DNA of 64,000 nucleotides from a plasmid: sequence record CP104424.1; one strand, 5' to 3'. Shown piece by piece: positions 57,759 to 64,000 of this stretch (position 1 is its first letter; each line of letters starts with the position of its first letter). The notes under the pieces were generated by a model. It saw only the letters and a program-made list of their open reading frames with translations, ran no database searches and was not told where the DNA came from. The position numbers and the translations under genes were made by a program.

Positions 57759-59030
57759 TCATAACTGGGCTACTGGCAAATCTGTCCATCTGGTGGTATA
57801 CGCAGGAGAAAGCATTTCCCGTTTCATTTGCCATTCAGGGGCGGTTCCTCGCCCCGCAAACCACACTTTCCCTTTTCCCGACTGGTTCAGTTCATCGAGT
57901 GTTTTCATTAACTTTTCACTGTTTTTACGGGGCTGGATTTCATCAAATAATCCCGGCTGCGCTATACCCGATGGTGTGAAATCAGCCAGCATGACACCTG
58001 CCTTCATATAGCGGTACCCTTCACGCCAGACATGGTTTAACGCTCTGCATGCTGCGGCAATAATGTCCCGGCTGTCCTGTGTGGGCAATGGAAGCTTTTC
58101 CACAGCGGCATTGCTGTAACAGGGTTCTTTTACTGCAAAGGGGGATGTCCGTACAAATGTCGTCACCTGCCGGCAATACTGACGCTCCCCACGTAGTTTC
58201 TCTGCGGCCCGCTCTGCATACTGAACAACAGCCTGGTGCATGGCATCTTTGTCTGTGATTCGTTCACCAAAACTGCGACTACAGACAATCTGCTGTTTTG
58301 CCGGCGGTGCTTCTTCCAGAGATATGCAGGACTCGCCGTTGAGTTCGCGTACCGTACGCTCAAGAATGACGCTGAAGTTTTTCCGGATGAATGCCGTGTT
58401 AGCCTGCGCCAGCTGCAGTGCTGTGTTAATACCCAGCGCATTCAGCTTTTCCGTCAGTCTGCGTCCTACTCCCCAGACCTCACCAACTGGCTGCAACCCC
58501 AGTAGCTTCAAGATCCGATTACGGTTTTCTGCCGTCAGCGCGACCACACCGGAAAACTGTGGCCATTGCTTTGTTGCCCACTGGGCACTTTTAGCCAGCG
58601 TTTTTGTAGGCGCAATGCCCACCCCCATGGTGAGTCCTGTCCAGCTCTTTACCTGTTCCCTGAGCTGATGACCAAAAATCTCCGGAGAGATGCAATGATT
58701 TATCCCCCGCAAATCAATGAACATTTCATCAATTGAGTAGGGCTCAACTGCGGGAGAAAGCGACTCCAGAACAGCCATAACCCGTTGGCTCATGCTGTGG
58801 TACAGCGCATAATTGCTGGAAAATACATGTATTTTCTTCTCCAGGCGCATTTGTCTCACCTGAAACCAGGGCTGCCCCATTCTGATGCCAAGGGCTTTTG
58901 CCTCCGGGCTGCGCGCGATCACACAGCCATCGTTATTGCTGAGTACGATGACCGGTTCGTTGCGAAGGTCCGGGCGGAAAACTTTTTCACATGAGGCGTA
59001 GAAACTGTTGATATCAGCCAGTGCAAACAT
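57759..59030 (-). CDS. impB: ImpB, Y-family error-prone DNA polymerase (UmuC/MucB family), 423 aa
   Basis: N-terminal FALADINSFYASCE...VVLSNNDGC UmuC/DinB signature. Confidence 0.85.
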   Translation of the reverse strand: MFALADINSFYASCEKVFRPDLRNEPVIVLSNNDGCVIARSPEAKALGIRMGQPWFQVRQMRLEKKIHVFSSNYALYHSMSQRVMAVLESLSPAVEPYSIDEMFIDLRGINHCISPEIFGHQLREQVKSWTGLTMGVGIAPTKTLAKSAQWATKQWPQFSGVVALTAENRNRILKLLGLQPVGEVWGVGRRLTEKLNALGINTALQLAQANTAFIRKNFSVILERTVRELNGESCISLEEAPPAKQQIVCSRSFGERITDKDAMHQAVVQYAERAAEKLRGERQYCRQVTTFVRTSPFAVKEPCYSNAAVEKLPLPTQDSRDIIAAACRALNHVWREGYRYMKAGVMLADFTPSGIAQPGLFDEIQPRKNSEKLMKTLDELNQSGKGKVWFAGRGTAPEWQMKREMLSPAYTTRWTDLPVAQL

Positions 59031-59467
59031 CAGCGTAACTCCCGCGTCCTGTGTATCACGTGAGTGACAACACCAAAAATACAGATGTTTTCCGGATACA
59101 GTGTGCGGAACTCCGGGCTGTCTGAAACCGGCTCCAGTGCCGGGCGTGGGCGCAACAGCAGTCGTTTGACGGTGAACTCACCGTCGATCTCAGCGATAAC
59201 GATGTCCCCGTGTTGTGGTTTTTCGGCCCTGTCCACTACCAGCAGATCACCATTCTGCACGCCAGCCTGGTTCATCGATTCACCGCTGGCGCGCAGAAAG
59301 AAGGTGGCTGCAGGTCTGCTGATGCAATAGCTGTTCAGATCCAGTTCCTGCTCAGCATAATCAGTGGCAGGCGAAGGAAAACCGGCCTGGCAACGATCGG
59401 CAAACAACGGTCGCACGTAACTGTCATCGCCTGAAGGGGCAGCCGGACGGTGATAAACGGTACTCAT
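59030..59467 (-). CDS. impA: ImpA, UmuD-like self-cleaving accessory protein, 145 aa
   Basis: UmuD/LexA C-terminal peptidase-domain motifs (CGFPSPA... GESM... DGEFTVKRL). Confidence 0.8.
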   Translation of the reverse strand: MSTVYHRPAAPSGDDSYVRPLFADRCQAGFPSPATDYAEQELDLNSYCISRPAATFFLRASGESMNQAGVQNGDLLVVDRAEKPQHGDIVIAEIDGEFTVKRLLLRPRPALEPVSDSPEFRTLYPENICIFGVVTHVIHRTRELR

Positions 59468-59712
59468 GCTGCAGGCAGCCAGCTGTCGTCCTGCCAGATT
59501 TCTTCCAGCAGAGACAGGATACGTTCTTTATCCTTGTCGTTGCGGGCTCCTGTGACAGATACAGACGGGGCGCTGCCCTGGTCTATACGCAGCCAGATTT
59601 CCGGGTAGTGTGGTTTCAGACGTTGTTCGATTTCATTCTGTAGCGCCTGAAGTGTGCCTGATTTGAGGTTTTTTGTGCTCTGGCGGTCGAAAAGAATTTC
59701 AATGCGGATCAT
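59464..59712 (-). CDS. impC: ImpC, 82 aa (MIRIEILFD...)
   Basis: Small first gene of the impCAB operon, directly after the LexA box; the track ORF extends upstream without support. Confidence 0.65.
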   Translation of the reverse strand: MIRIEILFDRQSTKNLKSGTLQALQNEIEQRLKPHYPEIWLRIDQGSAPSVSVTGARNDKDKERILSLLEEIWQDDSWLPAA

Positions 59713-59736
59713 GTTCTCATCTCCCTTTTCTTTATG

Positions 59737-59752
59737 CTGTATGTATATACAG
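59737..59752. promoter_or_regulatory. LexA (SOS) box CTGTATGTATATACAG upstream of impC
   Basis: Perfect CTGT-N8-ACAG palindrome 25 bp upstream of the impC start. Confidence 0.75.
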
Positions 59753-60106
59753 TATTCTAATAACTGAATCCGCACACAGTCAAATGTCATTGTTGTGACT
59801 AAAAAACGCTCAATTCTCTGAGTGTGTGGCTGTATGCCTGCTGTGGGCTGCTGTGTCCAGCTTATCCACAGCATTTTGTGCACGGTTCTGTGGACAAAAT
59901 ACCTGGTTACCCAGGCCGTGCCGGCACGTTAACCGGGCTGCATCCGATGCAAGTGTGTCGCTGTCGCCGGCCTCCTCACCCGGTCACGTTTCGTCGTTCC
60001 TCCTCCACGCGCTGCGGCTTCGGGGCCGCACCTGCATTCGTATGCGGTCGCCCGGTAACAGGTGCGGCACGGCCTGATGGAGGCCGCATGTGAGAGGAGA
60101 ATTCCC

Positions 60107-61033
60107 ATGCCAAACTGGTGCTCGAATCGTATGTATTTTTCTGGTGAACCGGCACAGATCGCTGAGATTAAACGACTGGCCAGCGGTGCAGTTACACCGC
60201 TTTATCGCCGCGCCACAAATGAAGGTATTCAGCTGTTTCTGGCCGGAAGTGCCGGACTTCTGCAGATCACTGAAAATATCCGCTCTGAGCAGTGCCCCGG
60301 AGTGACGGCTGCCGGACGTGGTGCTGTATCACCGGAAAATATCGCGTTCACCCGCTGGCTGACACACCTGCAGAACGGTGTACTGCTGGATGAGCAAAAC
60401 TGCCTGATGCTGCATGAACTCTGGCTGCAGAGCGGTACTGGACAGCGTCGCTGGGAAGAGTTACCGGATGATGTCAGGGAAACTATCACTGTGCATTTCA
60501 CCGCAAAAAGAGGTGACTGGTATGACATCTGGGGTAACGAGGATGTATCGGTGTGGTGGAACCGTCTGTGTGACAACGTACTGCCGGAAAAAACCATGCC
60601 GTTTGACCTGCTGACGGTTTTGCCGACCCGCCTGGATATTGAAGTGAATGGCTTTAACGGCGGTGTTCTGAACGGTGTTCCTTCTGCATATCACTGGTAT
60701 ACAGAACGGTATGGCGTGAAGTGGCCTTGTGGGTATGACCTGAATATCAGCAGTCAGGGGGAAAACTTCATTCAGGTAGATTTCGACACGCCGTGGTGTC
60801 AGCCGGAAAGCGACGTTGTTGCAGAATTAAGCCGCCGTTTCGGCTGCACGCTGGAGCACTGGTACGCCGAACAGGGCTGCAATTTCTGTGGCTGGCAGTT
60901 GTATGAGCGCGGAGAGCTCGTTGATGTGCTGTGGGGGGAACTGGAATGGTCTTCCCCGACAGATGATGATGAGCTGCCGGAAGTCACCGGACCTGCGTGG
61001 ATAATCGACAATGTGGCGCATTATGGCGGATGA
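60107..61033 (+). CDS. conserved plasmid leading-region protein, 308 aa, beginning MPNWCSNRMYF (DUF1281-like)
   Basis: GAGGAG RBS 8 nt before the ATG; 'MPNWCSN' N-terminus recalled from plasmid/prophage hypothetical proteins. Confidence 0.5.
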   Translation: MPNWCSNRMYFSGEPAQIAEIKRLASGAVTPLYRRATNEGIQLFLAGSAGLLQITENIRSEQCPGVTAAGRGAVSPENIAFTRWLTHLQNGVLLDEQNCLMLHELWLQSGTGQRRWEELPDDVRETITVHFTAKRGDWYDIWGNEDVSVWWNRLCDNVLPEKTMPFDLLTVLPTRLDIEVNGFNGGVLNGVPSAYHWYTERYGVKWPCGYDLNISSQGENFIQVDFDTPWCQPESDVVAELSRRFGCTLEHWYAEQGCNFCGWQLYERGELVDVLWGELEWSSPTDDDELPEVTGPAWIIDNVAHYGG

Positions 61034-61039
61034 AGTATG

Positions 61040-61340
61040 ACGGAGACGGGCGGGCAACCGCCCGTTTCTTTTCCGACAAAGGATGTCGCCGTGCTCCTCT
61101 TTTTACTGCGCCGGCTGACGCGGCGCGGCATAAACGCTGCCTGTGGTCAGTGTCCCGCGTCCGGCCGGGCACGGGACGGGCGCTTTTACCGCTCCCGGCT
61201 GGCGTCGGTGACAGTGTACGCCAGCCCGTCGCCCTTTTCTGATGAACGCCCTTCAAGCCGCTTTCGCGGCATAGCCTTGCCGTCAAAAAGACGACGGCTG
61301 CGGTATTCCACGGTCGGCCTGACCCGTTACCGGACGCGGT
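61040..61340 (+). promoter_or_regulatory. Frpo/ssi-like single-strand promoter hairpin region upstream of the methyltransferase gene
   Basis: About 300-bp GC-rich imperfect palindrome; shares GGATGTCGCC with the 63600..63960 element; sits where leading-region ssDNA promoters lie. Confidence 0.4.
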
Positions 61341-61417
61341 GAACAGCCCACAGGCAGCGGGGAACGGGCACCACAGGGGTGCCCTCCCGGTGCCCTCTGT
61401 AAGAGAAGGAGTTTGGT

Positions 61418-62101
61418 ATGTCCCGTTTTGTCCTCGGTAACTGCATCGATGTTATGGCCCGTATCCCTGATAACGCCATTGATTTCATCCTCACCGACCC
61501 GCCGTACCTCGTCGGTTTTCGTGACCGTCAGGGGCGTACCATTGCCGGCGATAAAACCGATGAATGGCTGCAACCGGCCTGTAATGAGATGTACCGCGTA
61601 CTCAAAAAAGACGCGTTAATGGTGAGCTTCTATGGCTGGAATCGCGTCGATCGTTTTATGTCTGCCTGGAAAAATGCGGGATTCAGCGTTGTTGGTCACC
61701 TGGTCTTCACCAAAAACTACACATCGAAGGCCGCATATGTGGGCTATCGCCACGAATGTGCCTACATCCTGGCAAAAGGCCGTCCACGTCTGCCACAAAA
61801 CCCGCTGCCGGACGTGCTGGGCTGGAAATATTCGGGCAATCGCCATCACCCGACGGAAAAGCCCGTTACCAGCCTGCAACCGCTGATTGAGAGCTTCACA
61901 CACCCGAACGCAATTGTGCTGGACCCGTTTGCAGGCAGCGGCTCAACCTGTGTGGCCGCCCTCCAGTCCGGACGCCGGTATATCGGTATCGAGCTGCTTG
62001 AACAGTATCACCGTGCCGGACAGCAACGACTGGCCGCCGTGCAACGGGCCATGCAGCAGGGGGCCGCGAATGATAACTGGTTTGAACCGGAGGCTGCGTA
62101 A
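61418..62101 (+). CDS. orphan DNA methyltransferase (beta-class N6A/N4C, ParB-associated MTase family type), 227 aa
   Basis: Motif IV DPPY (TDPPYLVGF) precedes motif I FAGSGST; no adjacent restriction gene. Confidence 0.8.
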   Translation: MSRFVLGNCIDVMARIPDNAIDFILTDPPYLVGFRDRQGRTIAGDKTDEWLQPACNEMYRVLKKDALMVSFYGWNRVDRFMSAWKNAGFSVVGHLVFTKNYTSKAAYVGYRHECAYILAKGRPRLPQNPLPDVLGWKYSGNRHHPTEKPVTSLQPLIESFTHPNAIVLDPFAGSGSTCVAALQSGRRYIGIELLEQYHRAGQQRLAAVQRAMQQGAANDNWFEPEAA

Positions 62102-62323
62102 ATGAACTATGCCGGACACGAAAAACTGCGCGCCGACGTGGCGGAGGTGGCCAACACCATGTGTGACCTTCGGGCCAGGCTGAACGATATGGAGCATCGC
62201 TGTCGCTTTGATTCCGATGTGCTTGTTGAACGCCTGGCACGCCAGACGCTGTATCGCGCCAATCGCCTGTTCATGGAGGCGTATACCGAAATTCTGGAAC
62301 TGGATTCCTGCTTCAAAGATTGA
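62102..62323 (+). CDS. small hypothetical protein, 73 aa, translationally coupled to the methyltransferase (TAAATG)
   Basis: ATG overlaps the upstream stop. Confidence 0.4.
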   Translation: MNYAGHEKLRADVAEVANTMCDLRARLNDMEHRCRFDSDVLVERLARQTLYRANRLFMEAYTEILELDSCFKD

Positions 62324-62336
62324 GAAGGAGACGAGA

Positions 62337-62771
62337 ATGTACGGAACATGCGAAACGCTCTGCCGTGAGCTGGCAGCGCAGTATACGGAGAACACGCCGC
62401 TGATGCTGGTTGTCTGGTCCCCGGAAGAGATTCAGGCACTGGCTGACGGTATGGAAATTTCTCTGACCGGTTATGAAATCAGGACCGTCCTGGCACGCCT
62501 GGAGGACATCCCGGAAGAACAGCGGATTGAGTCCGGTATTTCTTCCGCTGCGGTGATGGAGATCATCAATAACGTGAGCGAAAACCGCCAGGTGACCGTC
62601 CCTGCTGAACTGCTGGCGTCCCTGATTCAGACCGCTGAGCAGGCATTGTGGAAACGTGAATGGGCCGCCCGGGATCATGGCCTCGCCGTCCCGGAATGCG
62701 TCACCCGCCGTCAGGAGGTGGTTAATCAGGCCCGCACCCTGCTGAAAAACAACACACACGAAAACGACTGA
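62337..62771 (+). CDS. hypothetical leading-region protein, 144 aa (MYGTCETL...)
   Basis: AAGGAG RBS 9 nt upstream; followed by a terminator hairpin. Confidence 0.45.
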   Translation: MYGTCETLCRELAAQYTENTPLMLVVWSPEEIQALADGMEISLTGYEIRTVLARLEDIPEEQRIESGISSAAVMEIINNVSENRQVTVPAELLASLIQTAEQALWKREWAARDHGLAVPECVTRRQEVVNQARTLLKNNTHEND

Positions 62772-62775
62772 TGTT

Positions 62776-62797
62776 ATCGCCGCCTTCGGGCGGCGAT
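62776..62797 (+). terminator. hairpin ATCGCCGCC-TTCG-GGCGGCGAT
   Basis: Perfect 9-bp stem and tetraloop directly after the stop codon; no T-run. Confidence 0.35.
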
Positions 62798-62815
62798 ACA
62801 GGGAGTTCATGAATT

Positions 62816-63586
62816 ATGAATGAAACGCTGAATGCACTGATTTATCGCCACGCCAGCAACCTGTTGCTGGCGCAGGGCTGGCCGGAAGAAACGGATGTTG
62901 ACCAGCGTAACCCGAAGTATCCGGGCTGGATCAGCATTTACGTGCGGCTGGATACGCCCCGGCTGGCGACGTTACTTATCAACCGTCACGGCGGCGTACT
63001 GCCGCCGCTCCTGGCCTCTGCCATTCAGAAACTGACCGGAACCGGGGCGGAACTTGTTCTGTCCGGCAGTCAGTGGCAGTCGCTGCCGGTACTTCCGGCA
63101 GACGGAACGCAGGTGTCTTTCCCGTATGCCGGAGAATGGCTGACCGAAGACGAAATCAGGGCAGTTCTTGATGCGGTGCACGATGCGGTACGAAGCATCT
63201 GTTACCAGGTGGCAGAAGATGCGCGGCGTATCCGTGCGGCGCTGACCACCACCGGTCAGACGTTGCTGACCCGCCAGACACGCCGCTTTCGCCTGGTGGT
63301 GAAGGAAAGCGATCACCCCTGCTGGCTCGATGAAGACGACGAAAACCTGCCCGTGGTGCTCGATGCCATCCTGAACCGGGGCGCTCGTTTTTCGTCGGTG
63401 GAAATGTATCTGGTCAGTGAGTGTGTGGAGCATATCCTGTCCAGTGGTCTGGTCTGTGATGTGCTGCGTATACCGGAAGAACCGTCCCGTCGCTGGTTTG
63501 ACCGGGATATTCTGCGGGAGGTTGTTCTGGAAGCCCGGAGTGAAATCCGCAGCATGGCGGATGCACTGGCAAAAATCCGGAAATGA
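62816..63586 (+). CDS. hypothetical leading-region protein, 256 aa
   Basis: ORF with GGGAG RBS; acidic; no recognisable motif. Confidence 0.45.
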   Translation: MNETLNALIYRHASNLLLAQGWPEETDVDQRNPKYPGWISIYVRLDTPRLATLLINRHGGVLPPLLASAIQKLTGTGAELVLSGSQWQSLPVLPADGTQVSFPYAGEWLTEDEIRAVLDAVHDAVRSICYQVAEDARRIRAALTTTGQTLLTRQTRRFRLVVKESDHPCWLDEDDENLPVVLDAILNRGARFSSVEMYLVSECVEHILSSGLVCDVLRIPEEPSRRWFDRDILREVVLEARSEIRSMADALAKIRK

Positions 63587-63599
63587 TGACGCTGGCGGG

Positions 63600-63960
63600 G
63601 AAAAATCTCCGCCTTTTCCAGCCGGTCCCCGGAAAGAGCAAAAGGATGTCGCCGCAGGCTCCGCTTTACCCGGCCATGCGGGGCATGGCCTTGTGGGTTT
63701 TCAGTTATGTGGCCTCAGCGTCGTGTGCGGGCTGTGCCGTGCCTCCATCGTAGCCGGGCTTCTGCGGGCGGGTTGCAAGGTAAGGTGAACCGCTGCGGTC
63801 ACCCGGTCCCTCCTTCCCGTCTGCCGTGATTTTCCGGTCGTTCACCCGCTCAGATTTCGCGGTCTCACCCTCCAACTCCCGCCAGCCGTGTGCGTCAGGC
63901 TGCGGCTTCCCTTGCGCCCTTGCAACCCTGCAGGCCCGGCAAAGATGGAGGCACGGCACC
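63600..63960 (+). promoter_or_regulatory. second Frpo/ssi-like single-strand promoter hairpin region
   Basis: GC-rich long imperfect palindrome (…GCAAGGTAAGGTGAACCGCTGCGGTCACCC… / …CCCTTGCGCCCTTGCAACCCTGCAGGCCCGGC…) sharing GGATGTCGCC with 61040..61340. Confidence 0.35.
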
Positions 63961-64000
63961 GCCCGGTGTCGCGGAATATGTGAACAACGGAGGAAATCCC

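Overview
This window reads as a near-contiguous backbone segment of an IncI-complex conjugative plasmid (I1/B/O/K/Z type), with most genes on the minus strand. In order it contains: (i) a variable region of unknown ORFs ending in a hok/sok-type pndCA killer locus; (ii) an AT-rich gene for a sigma-70-region-4 HTH plus TnsA-like PD-(D/E)xK protein, cleanly interrupted by an IS1 copy with a perfect 9-bp target duplication; (iii) excA, then a Dot/Icm-like type IVB transfer block traY down to traL whose ORF count matches the alphabetical R64 order, the large Sog primase, and an AT-rich ~1.1 kb insert before traK-traH and two further transfer ORFs; (iv) the rci tyrosine recombinase and a three-segment shufflon (six 19-bp sfx repeats) that swaps PilV C-termini; (v) the thin type IV pilus operon pilV to pilL, small pil-associated ORFs, an NfeD/flotillin-like pair, traC and a NusG-like traB; (vi) a RepY/RepZ replicon with Inc antisense-RNA stem-loop and pseudoknot elements and a hairpin-rich oriV/CIS region; (vii) a RelB/ParE-type TA pair, an AT-rich hexapeptide acyltransferase, a FinO/ProQ-domain RNA-binding protein and a yagA-like protein; (viii) a ParA/small-ParB cassette bracketed by AGATAACA iterons, impCAB behind a LexA box, and the start of the leading region (orphan DNA methyltransferase, a conserved plasmid protein and small ORFs, each behind Frpo-like single-strand promoter hairpins). 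No rRNA, tRNA or CRISPR array was seen. Gene names other than clear family calls rest on R64/ColIb-P9 synteny recalled from memory, so they are positional inferences.
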